Counted from the first letter of the stretch, positions 35,638 to 44,725 are shown. The stretch is DNA of 47,896 nucleotides from a virus (IMGVR_UViG_3300030332_001503:1-47896); one strand, 5' to 3'. Numbers and translations: made by a program. Notes: generated by a model from the letters alone, not told the origin.

Positions 35638-36020
35638 GCCTCACCCCCAAACAGGCGCTCCGCCCGTTCAGCGATCTTTGCAAGCGCCTTGGTAGCGCCG
35701 ATGTATTCCCGCTGCAGCTTTGCCCGTTCGTCCTCAGGCTCCAGCGGCTGCGGGCGGCTGTACCCGCATTCGTCAGCCATGAAGAACATGGCGGCGGAGG
35801 AACCCTGTTCCCGGGCGCGGCGCATGATGAAAAGCATCTGCTCCAGGCCCAGCTTCTCCGCCTTGGCGGTGTTGATGCAGTCGGAAAGCCAGCGGCCGGC
35901 GGCCTGCGGGTCCGTTTCCGGTTTGAGCATCGCGCCCACCACCTTCGGGCCGCCCAGCATCAGGATGTCGGTGCGCAGCGCCTCGAAGATGTCTTCGTGA
36001 AAGAGCGTTGCTTGCTCCAT
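35634..36020 (-). CDS. CII-like regulator
   Basis: Position right after cro; GGPKVVG..L HTH-like segment. Confidence 0.6.
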   Translation of the reverse strand: MEQATLFHEDIFEALRTDILMLGGPKVVGAMLKPETDPQAAGRWLSDCINTAKAEKLGLEQMLFIMRRAREQGSSAAMFFMADECGYSRPQPLEPEDERAKLQREYIGATKALAKIAERAERLFGGEA

Positions 36021-36098
36021 TTCGTCTCTCTCCTACTCGTTCCCACGCTGTCGGAAGGCGTCGGAAACCTGAATTCAGTCAAATAAAAAGCGCCCCGG

Positions 36099-36302
36099 TT
36101 ATGCGGCGCTTTCGTCTCTGCGTTGCGACGGGAACGGCCGCACCTCGGACGCTTCAAACGAGCCGTCCGGCAGGTGCGTGACATAGATCTGACGGCCCGA
36201 CCTGAGCGCCTTGCTGAGTCCGGGCTGAGTCATACGGAGAAGCGAGGCGGCCATGGCCTGCCCCTTCTCCTGAACAAAGTCGCCAAGGGTTTGCTGATGC
36301 AT
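36099..36302 (-). CDS. cro: Cro repressor
   Basis: GQAMAASLLRMTQPGLSKALRSGRQIYV...EVRPFPS, strongly lambda Cro-like; AAGGAGG SD. Confidence 0.9.
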   Translation of the reverse strand: MHQQTLGDFVQEKGQAMAASLLRMTQPGLSKALRSGRQIYVTHLPDGSFEASEVRPFPSQRRDESAA

Positions 36303-36324
36303 GGGATTTCCTCCTTTGAGGGAG

Positions 36325-36394
36325 AATATAACCGCCGGTTCTTCTATGGTCAATACCGCCGGTTGTTTGCCCCTATAACCGCCGGACATATAGT
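36325..36394. promoter_or_regulatory. OR region: three 17-bp operators with PR and PRM
   Basis: TATAACCGCCGGTTCTT (36327), CAATACCGCCGGTTGTT (36351), TATAACCGCCGGACATA (36374). PR is TTGACC-17-TATATT on the minus strand; the PRM -10 TATAGT lies 7 nt before the cI ATG. Confidence 0.88.
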
Positions 36395-36401
36395 TGCCGC
36401 C

Positions 36402-37163
36402 ATGAAAAAAGACAGGAAAAAGCCGCTCACGCCGGAGGAGCGCGCCGAGTGCGCGGCGCTGAAGGCGCTTTGGGATGCCGAAAAGGGGCGCAGGAAGATC
36501 ACCCAGGAGGAAATGGCAGCCAATCACGGCATGAGCCAGCCTGCCGTCGGCCATTACCTGAATGGGCGCAACAGGCTCAATCTGCGGGTCGCTCAAGCCT
36601 TTGCTTCATACCTGGGCGCCCATATTGCTGATTTCAGTGATCGCCTTGCCGAAGAGCAAAGGCGGCTTTCTGGCGCTGGAGGGTCGTTTCATGTGGCCGA
36701 AGACCCCGCCGAGTACGGCGCCCCCTCTGAGGATGAATACGCCCTGATCCCCCAGTACGACGCCCGGGCCTCAGCCGGGGACGGGTGCCTGAACGATCAT
36801 GTGGAGGTAAAGGGTGGACTGGCCTTCAAACGCGACTGGCTGCGCAAGCTGGGCCTGAAGCCTGAGAATTTGCAGGTGATCTACGCCGAGGGCGACAGCA
36901 TGGCCGACACCATCATGGACGGCGAGGTGATGCTCGTGGACTGCGCCGACCGGGAGCCGCGCAGCGGGAAGATCTACGCGATCCTGCGGCCAGACGGCGG
37001 GGTCAGCGTCAAGCGCCTAATCCAGAAATCCGTCACCGGCACCTGGACGGTCGCCAGCGACAACCCGGACAAGCGCCGGTACCCAGACGAAGACGCCAGC
37101 GCGGAAGTGCTGCACGACATCCCGATAATCGGGCGTGTGGCCTGGCGCGGCGGTGGACTATAA
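36402..37163 (+). CDS. cI: CI repressor (HTH plus S24 peptidase)
   Basis: KKPLTPEE...TQEEMA...MSQPAVGHYLNG; AG cleavage site, GDSM catalytic Ser, VKRL Lys. Confidence 0.93.
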   Translation: MKKDRKKPLTPEERAECAALKALWDAEKGRRKITQEEMAANHGMSQPAVGHYLNGRNRLNLRVAQAFASYLGAHIADFSDRLAEEQRRLSGAGGSFHVAEDPAEYGAPSEDEYALIPQYDARASAGDGCLNDHVEVKGGLAFKRDWLRKLGLKPENLQVIYAEGDSMADTIMDGEVMLVDCADREPRSGKIYAILRPDGGVSVKRLIQKSVTGTWTVASDNPDKRRYPDEDASAEVLHDIPIIGRVAWRGGGL

Positions 37164-37182
37164 CAACAACCCAGGAGGGGGC

Positions 37183-37467
37183 GTGGAAATATCCACCATT
37201 GAAGAACTCGAGGGCGTCACATACGAGCAGCTAGCCGAGTTTCTAAGCGGCAACGGTGGGTTCTCAAAATGCGAAGCCTGCGGGTCCCAGGATTGGGAGA
37301 TAACCAGGATTTCTGGCGGGCACATCCTGTACCTGTACCAGGACGTGGTTTTCTTGGAAAACAAGACAATGGTCTACCTGCCGGTGACGTGTGGCACCTG
37401 TATGAACACCCGTTTTTTTAATGCTTTGGGCATTGCCTACAGCGTTCTTGCCGGAGGCCAATCATGA
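37183..37467 (+). CDS. Zinc-binding hypothetical protein (immunity-region accessory)
   Basis: AGGAGG SD with GTG start; CEACG...CGTC. Confidence 0.7.
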   Translation: MEISTIEELEGVTYEQLAEFLSGNGGFSKCEACGSQDWEITRISGGHILYLYQDVVFLENKTMVYLPVTCGTCMNTRFFNALGIAYSVLAGGQS

Positions 37468-37778
37468 CCAAGCCTGAAGTCATCGATATTGCCACGGCAC
37501 GCCTGCCCGCGCACAATAGACCACGAAAGAGAGGCGGCGGCCCCGGAGGGCCTGACGATATGGAACGTAGAGTTGAGCGCCTGGAAAGCATTACCGACGA
37601 TCTGCGCATGGGCATGGTCCGCGTGGAGTCTCGGCTCGACAACATCGAAAAGAACATGCTGACCCGCGCCCAGGCCGCGATTGCGGCCCTTGTTGCGGTG
37701 CTCGCCGTGCTCGGCGGCGGATGGTGGATAGTTCAGCAGTACCTCTCCCCTATCCTTCAAGGCGTGGGCGGCCAGTAA
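37464..37778 (+). CDS. Coiled-coil plus C-terminal TM protein (immunity-region accessory)
   Basis: GGGPGGP-MERRVERLE heptads then a TM helix; ATGA overlap. Confidence 0.7.
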   Translation: MTKPEVIDIATARLPAHNRPRKRGGGPGGPDDMERRVERLESITDDLRMGMVRVESRLDNIEKNMLTRAQAAIAALVAVLAVLGGGWWIVQQYLSPILQGVGGQ

Positions 37779-37801
37779 ACCGCCAGCCATAGCCCACCAA
37801 G

Positions 37802-37825
37802 AGCCCGCCCAGCGCGGGCTTTTTT
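37802..37825 (+). terminator. Terminator of the cI operon
   Basis: AGCCCGC-ccagc-GCGGGCTTTTTT. Confidence 0.85.
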
Positions 37826-37887
37826 GTGCCTGACCTTCCCTGATCTGACCTCTTCGTGACCGGCCGGTCACAAATAATGGAGAAATA

Positions 37888-37931
37888 TATAACCGCCGGT
37901 ATTGACCCGATAATATAACCGGCGGTAGTGT
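37888..37931 (+). promoter_or_regulatory. OL operators and PL
   Basis: TATAACCGCCGGTATTG (37888) and TATAACCGGCGGTAGTG (37914); TTGACC (37902) with TAGTGT (37926). Confidence 0.85.
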
Positions 37932-37969
37932 AAACCCATCAACACGGACAACCCGCAGGGGAGCGAACC

Positions 37970-38428
37970 ATGAACGCACATCAAGCCGCCAGCGATTGGG
38001 ATTACCAGGATGCACTCCATCCGCAGCGTGCCGCCTACGACGCATGGTGCGAGGCGTATCTGGTCGAGGTGCTGAAGTCCGACGAGCTCGAAACCGCGTT
38101 CAGCGCGCAGGAGCATCTGGAATCCGAGTTCGATGCGCTGGTGCTGTTCCTGGCCTTTAGCGCCGCCGAGTTCCGCCCGCTGTGCCTGAGCGAGTTCCGC
38201 CGCCAGACCTTCGGCATGAGCCGGGACCAACTGCGAGACGCGCTGGACGACGGCGAGATTGATCCGGTGGAGATTGTGCGCCTCGCGGTGTTCGCGCCGG
38301 ATGATGCTCGCCGGACCTGGGCGCCGCATGTTCGGCAGGCGATGGACACGTTCCATGACGCTGTGATGAAAGTCGCGCCGTCCTGGGGCTGGGTGGAGAC
38401 GATTTTTGAAGGGAGGAATGAGCCGTGA
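37970..38428 (+). CDS. Early hypothetical protein
   Basis: First gene after PL; GGGGAG SD. Confidence 0.7.
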   Translation: MNAHQAASDWDYQDALHPQRAAYDAWCEAYLVEVLKSDELETAFSAQEHLESEFDALVLFLAFSAAEFRPLCLSEFRRQTFGMSRDQLRDALDDGEIDPVEIVRLAVFAPDDARRTWAPHVRQAMDTFHDAVMKVAPSWGWVETIFEGRNEP

Positions 38429-38694
38429 ACAGCGATCAACTGCACAGCCTGACGGTGCTAGCTCACCAGGGATACCGCGCCGCCGTCGACCGAGATTCAA
38501 GCCTCGCCCTGGTTGTCCAGACTCGCCTTGGCGGCTGGTGGGAATGCGCCCTCAGCGTCGGCGACCTGGACCTCGCCTGCGCAGCGTACCGGGCCGCCGA
38601 GTGGGTTCGGGCCGCCTCAGCGTTCTTTGTTTTTCGGCAGCCCTGCACCGTGACTGTCAACGGCGCCGAACTGATGTGGAGGGGAAAGTCATGA
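38425..38694 (+). CDS. Early hypothetical protein
   Basis: GTGA and ATGA overlaps. Confidence 0.6.
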   Translation: MNSDQLHSLTVLAHQGYRAAVDRDSSLALVVQTRLGGWWECALSVGDLDLACAAYRAAEWVRAASAFFVFRQPCTVTVNGAELMWRGKS

Positions 38695-39215
38695 GCGAGA
38701 TTGATTGGAGCAAGGCGCCGGAGGGCGCGACGCATTACACGCCGCGCGGCCTGGATGTCTGCTGGTTCCGACATGACGGCGAAGGGTGGCGCTCGTGGAT
38801 TGACGGTCGATGGGGTGTCGCTTACGGCAGTGAGGGGTTCTTTGAATCCCTGATCCCCCGCCCCACCCAATGGCGCGGCCCCGAGGATGGCCTGCCGCCG
38901 GTCGGGATGGTGTGTGAGTACACGGGTTCGGCGAAAGTGCCTGGTGACCCCTCTGAGTGGAGGCCGGGCGACCAAGTCGAGATTTTGGCTCACCGGCAGG
39001 CGCTGATGGCTATGGTGGCTGTCGGGTGGAACCGGCGCACCGGCACCGCCCGAGGCTCTGTCGCGGCGATCCTCCGCCCCCTCAAATCCGACAAGGAGCG
39101 GGCAGTGGAGGCGGCTATGAAAGTGATGCCGTACCCGGGCTCCCCGTCTACCCGGACCGACCTGGAGTGCGCCTACGACGCCGGCCTTCTCCGCCTGCCG
39201 GAGGAACAGTCATGA
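38691..39215 (+). CDS. Phage hypothetical protein
   Basis: IDWSKAPEGATHY and GLPPVG..CE motifs common in phage early genes. Confidence 0.75.
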   Translation: MSEIDWSKAPEGATHYTPRGLDVCWFRHDGEGWRSWIDGRWGVAYGSEGFFESLIPRPTQWRGPEDGLPPVGMVCEYTGSAKVPGDPSEWRPGDQVEILAHRQALMAMVAVGWNRRTGTARGSVAAILRPLKSDKERAVEAAMKVMPYPGSPSTRTDLECAYDAGLLRLPEEQS

Positions 39216-39526
39216 GCGAGATTCTCGGACACGACGTAAACGGGCGCCCGCTGCGGGCTGGGGACAAAGTCGTTGTGCTTTCCCCCGATAAGGCGCCCCA
39301 GCTCAAGGGTGCGGTTGTCACTGTGCTCGGACCTACAACCAGCTCCTGCCTGGGGGATATAGTCCGGGGCGATGTCGATATTGACGTGCCTCACCCGAAC
39401 GGCGGCTGGTTCGGGGCGACGCCTCACAAGAACCTGCGCCGCATCGACGACCGCACCGACCATCAGCCCAGCGAATACACGTTCGATTCACTGATGGACC
39501 ACCTGAAAAGCGGGGCGCCGGCATGA
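39212..39526 (+). CDS. Early hypothetical protein
   Basis: GGAGG SD; ATGA overlap. Confidence 0.65.
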   Translation: MSEILGHDVNGRPLRAGDKVVVLSPDKAPQLKGAVVTVLGPTTSSCLGDIVRGDVDIDVPHPNGGWFGATPHKNLRRIDDRTDHQPSEYTFDSLMDHLKSGAPA

Positions 39527-39732
39527 GCAACTTGAGCTTCGGCGAAATCCTGATGGGCGCCACCACGATCATCGCGTTTGTCGCCCTGATGACGGTCATC
39601 GGCGAACAGGACTACCAGGACGCCCTGGCCGAGGAACGCGCCACCTGTTTGATGGTGGCTCAGGGCCACTGGCCGGCAGAGACAGCAGAGGGCTACGACT
39701 GCCCAAAACGAGTAGCAAGGAGCGAGTTATGA
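39523..39732 (+). CDS. Small membrane protein
   Basis: N-terminal TM; C.MV..G.WP motif. Confidence 0.65.
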   Translation: MSNLSFGEILMGATTIIAFVALMTVIGEQDYQDALAEERATCLMVAQGHWPAETAEGYDCPKRVARSEL

Positions 39733-40040
39733 GTGAGTTCAAGGGAACGCCTGGGCCTTGGCATCTTGGCCCATACGCCCATGTGGTACTGCCGTCGCAA
39801 GACCTGCCTGATTCTGAGGGTGGCGGCATTGGTATCTGTCACGTCTACGGCACCGAAAAGCGGAAATACAACGCGGATCTGATCGCCGCCGCCCCGGACC
39901 TGCTCGAAGTGTTGCAAGAGGTGCAAGAGTTCGCTCAAGGCTGGTCGCAATACGAAATGCCAATTGGCCTGGATGACCGCATCAATGCCGCCATCGCCAA
40001 GGCACTGAACACCGATACGAAGGGAGAGGGTCATGAGTGA
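39729..40040 (+). CDS. Phage hypothetical protein
   Basis: TPGPW...NADLIAAAPDLLE.L motif. Confidence 0.75.
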   Translation: MSEFKGTPGPWHLGPYAHVVLPSQDLPDSEGGGIGICHVYGTEKRKYNADLIAAAPDLLEVLQEVQEFAQGWSQYEMPIGLDDRINAAIAKALNTDTKGEGHE

Positions 40041-40314
40041 GCAGATGAAAGACGGCGGGTCGGCGTTCCCGCAAGGCAAGCAGGTTGGCCAATGTTCCGT
40101 CTCCGAGGGCGGCATGACCCTGCGGGACTACTTCGCGGCAAAGGCGCTGCCGGCCATTTATCGGGATATGTGGGAGGACTGGCGGGCCAGTGCGCGCGGA
40201 GAGGCTCCGACAATGTGCGTACCCGAGGACTGGATGGTCGGCGTAGCGCTGGACGCCTACAAGATGGCCGACGCGATGCTGATCGCCCGAGACACCGATA
40301 AGACAGAGCGCTGA
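40033..40314 (+). CDS. Phage hypothetical protein
   Basis: GGSAFP...GMTLRDYFAAKAL...AYKMADAML.AR motif. Confidence 0.78.
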   Translation: MSEQMKDGGSAFPQGKQVGQCSVSEGGMTLRDYFAAKALPAIYRDMWEDWRASARGEAPTMCVPEDWMVGVALDAYKMADAMLIARDTDKTER

Positions 40315-40364
40315 TCTGTTGTTTTGCGGGGTCCGCCCCGCCTTTTATTCGAGAGGAGCACGAC

Positions 40365-41414
40365 ATGAGCAATCAAGGGAAGCAGATGGCAGTACAGGCC
40401 ATCGACATCATCAAGAAGCAGGAAGCGAAGTTCATGGAGCTGGACGCCGCCAACGGCTCCCTGGTGGATTTCGCGCAGGAGTGCCTGTTTGCCCGCCAGC
40501 AGCTGCTCAAGAACGAGTTCACGCTAAAGACGGCAGCGAACAACCCGAACAGCCTGCAGGGCGCCATCCTGAACGTGGCGGCCATCGGTATCAGCCTGAA
40601 CCCTGCCAGCGCCCACGCCTACCTGGTGCCGCGTGACGGCGCGATCTGCCTGGACATCAGCTATCGCGGTCTCTCCAAGATCGCCACCGATGCCGGCGCG
40701 ATCAAGTGGGCGAAGGTGGAGCTGGTCTACGAGCACGACAAGTTTTCATGGCGCGGCCCTGCCCTGGCACCGGATCACGAAGCCGACCCGTTCAGCGACC
40801 GGGGCGCCATCAAAGGCGGGTACTGCATCGCCAAGTTGCCCGACGGTGAAATCCTCACCGAGGTCATGCCGGTGGACGAAATCAACAAGATTCGGGACAC
40901 CAGCAAGGCGTATCAGAAAGGCGGCGGCCCGTGGAAACAGTGGTACGAGGAAATGGCCAAGAAAACCATCCTCAAACGTGCCTACAAGTCCTGGCCGCAA
41001 ACGCCGAACCGTCGCCGCGTGGATCTGGCCGTCGAAGCCTTGCACCAATCTGAGGGCACCGCCTACACCATTGAGCAGCACACCGAGTTTATGGAGCTGC
41101 TGCGCAAAGGCGACGCCCTGAAGTTCTACATGATGCGGCTTTCCCTGCCCGACCACGTCTGGATTGCGCTCTACAACAGCTTCGACAAGGGCCACAAGGT
41201 CGAAGGCAAGAAACAGTCGGCGGAGCTGGAACACCAGGGCATCGCGCAGTTCAACGACATCAAAGACGCGATCCACGACGCGGTGGCCAGCGATGACCGT
41301 GGCGCCGTCGAGGAAGTGCTGGGCGAGCTGGACGCCGACGAACGCGCGTTCGTGCTCAAGCACCTGTCCGCCGACGCCGTCGAGTACATCCAGGCCATGG
41401 AGCAAGCAGCTTAA
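40365..41414 (+). CDS. recT: RecT/Red-beta family single-strand annealing protein
   Basis: GISLNP...AYLVPR...LDISYRGL...W..WYEEMAKKTILKRA.K.WP. Confidence 0.88.
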   Translation: MSNQGKQMAVQAIDIIKKQEAKFMELDAANGSLVDFAQECLFARQQLLKNEFTLKTAANNPNSLQGAILNVAAIGISLNPASAHAYLVPRDGAICLDISYRGLSKIATDAGAIKWAKVELVYEHDKFSWRGPALAPDHEADPFSDRGAIKGGYCIAKLPDGEILTEVMPVDEINKIRDTSKAYQKGGGPWKQWYEEMAKKTILKRAYKSWPQTPNRRRVDLAVEALHQSEGTAYTIEQHTEFMELLRKGDALKFYMMRLSLPDHVWIALYNSFDKGHKVEGKKQSAELEHQGIAQFNDIKDAIHDAVASDDRGAVEEVLGELDADERAFVLKHLSADAVEYIQAMEQAA

Positions 41415-41482
41415 TCCGGCGCTCACCGGGGAGTGGCGGGCCTTACCCGCCCCCTTCGGGGGAACTGACAACGGAGAGAGAT

Positions 41483-41782
41483 ATGGACGACATAGAGCGC
41501 ATTGACCAAATGATGGCCCTGCTCCGCGCCATGAAGTCGAACAAAAAGAAGATGGCGAAACTGAGTGATATTGATTGCACGACGCTGACACCTAAAGCGG
41601 CCAATAAGCGGAGTGCTGACGCGGACTGGCTGGGCATGGACATCATCCGGCAACAGCACCAACTCCATGCCCTCGCTGTCGAGCTGGGGTTTGCAGATCG
41701 CCGTGACAGCTATGACCAAATTGAGCTTCGCGACGGCTGGCATCGCTATCACTTTCAACCGCCTGAGCCTTTTTCGTCATAA
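41483..41782 (+). CDS. Hypothetical protein
   Basis: 99 aa with GGAG SD. Confidence 0.6.
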   Translation: MDDIERIDQMMALLRAMKSNKKKMAKLSDIDCTTLTPKAANKRSADADWLGMDIIRQQHQLHALAVELGFADRRDSYDQIELRDGWHRYHFQPPEPFSS

Positions 41783-41792
41783 CGGAGAGACC

Positions 41793-42185
41793 ATGAACAT
41801 TCTGACCTTCACAACACGATTCGGCCAAGACGCCCAGGTGCGATACACGCCCAACGGCAAGGCCGTCACCACGGTTCGCTGCCCGGTGGAAGCCGGCTGG
41901 GGCGAGAACAAGCACACCTCATGGGTGACAGCCGTCATCTTCGGCGAGCGCGGCGAGAAGCTGGCACCTCACATTCTCAAGGCGGGCAAGGCCACGGTTT
42001 CCGGCGAGTTCAAGGCGCGGGAGTTTGAGTCCAACGGCGAGAAGCGCATGTCGCTGGAAGTGCTGGTGCGCGAGATTGAGCTGCAGGGCGAGCCACGCCA
42101 GGCCGGCCAGAGCCACGAACCGGCCAATACCGGCCAGCAGTCCGCGCCGCCCGCTGATGATTTCGACCGGGATTATCCGTTCTAA
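41793..42185 (+). CDS. ssb: Single-stranded DNA-binding protein
   Basis: DAQVRYTPNGKAV OB-fold start; acidic tail DDFDRDYPF. Confidence 0.9.
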   Translation: MNILTFTTRFGQDAQVRYTPNGKAVTTVRCPVEAGWGENKHTSWVTAVIFGERGEKLAPHILKAGKATVSGEFKAREFESNGEKRMSLEVLVREIELQGEPRQAGQSHEPANTGQQSAPPADDFDRDYPF

Positions 42186-42195
42186 GGAGCTGTCC

Positions 42196-42489
42196 ATGAT
42201 CCGCTACGCACTGCTACTACTCCCCTGCGCCGCCCTGGCCGACCCGACGCTCTACGTTCAGGGCGGCATGGGCTACCAGATCGGCATGGAAGAGAAGGCC
42301 ATCATCCGGGGCCAGGAGTACCGGGCCGAGATTTACACCGCCCTGCCCGACTGGGTAGCCGACGTTCAGTTAGGCGTGGAGTACCGCAATTTCTACCTGC
42401 AGGGCCAGCACGTCAGCAGTGTGGAGACGGGTCAGGACCATGGGTTCAACGTCATCAGCGCCGGTTACCGGTGGGAGTGGGAGCTATGA
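42196..42489 (+). CDS. Small secreted / outer-membrane beta-strand protein
   Basis: AAGGAG SD, signal peptide ending ALA, amphipathic strands, HVSS...DHGFN, aromatic C-terminus. Confidence 0.65.
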   Translation: MIRYALLLLPCAALADPTLYVQGGMGYQIGMEEKAIIRGQEYRAEIYTALPDWVADVQLGVEYRNFYLQGQHVSSVETGQDHGFNVISAGYRWEWEL

Positions 42490-42659
42490 CGCCGATGCAG
42501 CGACTGGTGGAGCGCAAGGCCCGAATCCTTGGCGCCTCACCACAAACACGACAACGCGCCCAGCTCATTGCGATTGAGCGGGTACAGGGCGGTGAGCCTC
42601 GCATCCGTGCGGTGCGGGCTGCCGTGAGCTACGCAGCACAGGAGACGGATCATGGGTGA
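42486..42659 (+). CDS. Hypothetical protein
   Basis: 57 aa, coupled overlap. Confidence 0.55.
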   Translation: MTPMQRLVERKARILGASPQTRQRAQLIAIERVQGGEPRIRAVRAAVSYAAQETDHG

Positions 42660-42933
42660 AATCGACAAGGCGGAAGCCCAGCGGCACTACGGCCGGGGCT
42701 ATGCCGCTGGCCGAAAGCGCCTTGAACGGGACAAACGGGCGGAGGCCCGGCTACTGGACGAAAGGCAATTTTGGGATGAGGCGTTTCTCTCAATGAGCGC
42801 CGAGGCATTCCGGGCCCAGGGTTGGAAACAGGGCGATACGCCGATAACGAACCTGGACCAGAGAGTTGATTTGGCTGCGGACTGGGCCGACCGGGCAGTT
42901 AAGGTCCGCCGCAAACGACTGGCAAGGCTATAG
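42652..42933 (+). CDS. Hypothetical protein
   Basis: AGGAG SD; Y.RGYAAGRKR motif. Confidence 0.65.
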   Translation: MGEIDKAEAQRHYGRGYAAGRKRLERDKRAEARLLDERQFWDEAFLSMSAEAFRAQGWKQGDTPITNLDQRVDLAADWADRAVKVRRKRLARL

Positions 42934-42943
42934 GAGGCCCGCA

Positions 42944-43942
42944 ATGACTGAGCAGCAGATAACCGAATTCGACCGCTGGTTCGAGCAGCGCATGGACCCG
43001 GAGCTAAACCTAACGCCCGGCGACAAGGAGCTGTGCCGCCATGCCTGGAAAGCCGCCCTCTCCCATGCCGAGTGGGAGGCGCAGCCGGATTACGTCCTGG
43101 ATGCCCTGGACAATCTGATACATGACAACTATGAGCGCAGCTACCGTGGCGCCAAAAATCGGCAAGACGACGCCGAACTAATCCGCTGCGCTCTGCGCCG
43201 ATCCCACCCCGCGCCCCAGGTGGCGGTGCCGGAGAAGGTTCGTGAGTTGATCGGTGCTGTGCGCTCGGTAAACCGGTCCCGACAACACTCAATCCATATT
43301 GAAGGCGACGACGAACCCTGCTTCTGGCAGCGCGCCGAATGGGTTCGTTATGTTCTGGAACTGGCTGACGAGGCCGAACAAACCATCACCGCCGCCCCCA
43401 CCGCGCCCGCCGGGGAGCAAGATCCGCTTCCTGTCGGCCTGAGCCTTGGCCCCCTGACCGACCTGATCCACGAAATGGACAAATTGTGTCAAGCCACGCC
43501 GGTAGACTTCGCCGATGCCGTTGACGGGGGGTACGTGGATGCAGGCGTAGACCTGCACGACAAGATCATTGCCGAATGCTGGCGCCTTGCAGGCATGAAG
43601 CGACAGCAACCTGTAAGCGATCCTGATGGGTTGGGTGCTGAGCGCGCCCGGCGCCTGGAGACGGCGACCGTGGCAAAACTGCTGTTCAAGGCATGGTCTG
43701 AATCTGAGCCGGATCACGCCATCACCCAGCACCCGGCCTCCTACGCCGAGACGTTCACAGATATGGCCAAAGCAGTGATGCCGCTGCTGTCCGCCCCCGC
43801 ATCGGATGAGCGGGAGATAGCGGCCAAGGCAATTGAGCAGACCACCCGTGAATACTTCAGCGACGAGAGTGGGCCGCATAATCTGCACGACTACCTGCTG
43901 TGGAGGGCCAAACGCCTCCGCGCCGGGAAGGAGGGTGAGTGA
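42944..43942 (+). CDS. Mosaic phage hypothetical protein
   Basis: AGGAGG SD; short modules joined by PAP/AAP linkers. Confidence 0.65.
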   Translation: MTEQQITEFDRWFEQRMDPELNLTPGDKELCRHAWKAALSHAEWEAQPDYVLDALDNLIHDNYERSYRGAKNRQDDAELIRCALRRSHPAPQVAVPEKVRELIGAVRSVNRSRQHSIHIEGDDEPCFWQRAEWVRYVLELADEAEQTITAAPTAPAGEQDPLPVGLSLGPLTDLIHEMDKLCQATPVDFADAVDGGYVDAGVDLHDKIIAECWRLAGMKRQQPVSDPDGLGAERARRLETATVAKLLFKAWSESEPDHAITQHPASYAETFTDMAKAVMPLLSAPASDEREIAAKAIEQTTREYFSDESGPHNLHDYLLWRAKRLRAGKEGE

Positions 43943-44358
43943 TGGGGCACCGATATTTCTGCGGCGGATACGAATTTCCCCGCGAGCACGAGGCCGTTCA
44001 GTATGGCGACTTGATGGGCCTTCCGATTACGCGAGAAACCCGGCGAAATGACCGTGATCCCTTGCTCGGTCATGGCACCCATGTTTTTCGGGATGGCGGC
44101 TGGCTTTGGAGTGGCCACATACCAGGGAATCGACCCGTGGCCGCCGACCCGAGCAACACCGACCAGCCCCCGGTGTGCTCGACCGATTGCCCTTATCGCC
44201 ATTCTTGGGATGGGAACAAGCTACAGCGTAATGCTCTCCGCCTGGAGTCGGGATGGTCAATCGAGCGGCACCGCTGTGGCTGGAACATTAAGCCCGGGCG
44301 GCTGGGCGGCGATCCGCTCGATTACGCCCCATGTATTCAGGAGCACTCCAATGACTGA
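43942..44358 (+). CDS. Hypothetical protein
   Basis: TGATG coupling; frame choice uncertain. Confidence 0.45.
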   Translation: MGHRYFCGGYEFPREHEAVQYGDLMGLPITRETRRNDRDPLLGHGTHVFRDGGWLWSGHIPGNRPVAADPSNTDQPPVCSTDCPYRHSWDGNKLQRNALRLESGWSIERHRCGWNIKPGRLGGDPLDYAPCIQEHSND

Positions 44359-44725
44359 GCGCACAGACCGCGAGCTGCTGGAGCTGGCCGCGAAGGCGGC
44401 CGGAGAATGGCCGGAATCCTGGCATGACAGCGAAGCCTACTTTACCGGTGTGCTGTCTCGCTGGAACCCCCTGGAAGACGACGGCGACGCCTTTCGGCTA
44501 TCTATAAAGCTGGGCCTCCGCGTGCAGTATTGCGATGTTAGCTGCTATGCAGCAGGCAATGGTCACGTTGCGGTAGTAACGGTGCAGCCGGGCGGCATGC
44601 GGAACCGGTTTGTTGGTGATGTGGAGGAATGGGCATCTGACCCTTACTCCGCCACCCGCCGCGCCATCGTCCGCGCCGCAAGCCAAATATCCCTGGGCAT
44701 GGAGAACCACAATGGTATGGCCTAA
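44351..44725 (+). CDS. Phage hypothetical protein
   Basis: TDRELLELAAKAAG...WNPLEDDGDAFRL...ATRRAIVRAA family motif. Confidence 0.78.
   Translation: MTERTDRELLELAAKAAGEWPESWHDSEAYFTGVLSRWNPLEDDGDAFRLSIKLGLRVQYCDVSCYAAGNGHVAVVTVQPGGMRNRFVGDVEEWASDPYSATRRAIVRAASQISLGMENHNGMA

Noticed and set aside
44048-44350. Hydrophobic N-terminal extension of the 44351 gene as a third overprinted protein
   Set aside because: It has no clear SD or motif, and the family motif starts at ATG 44351 with its own AGGAG.
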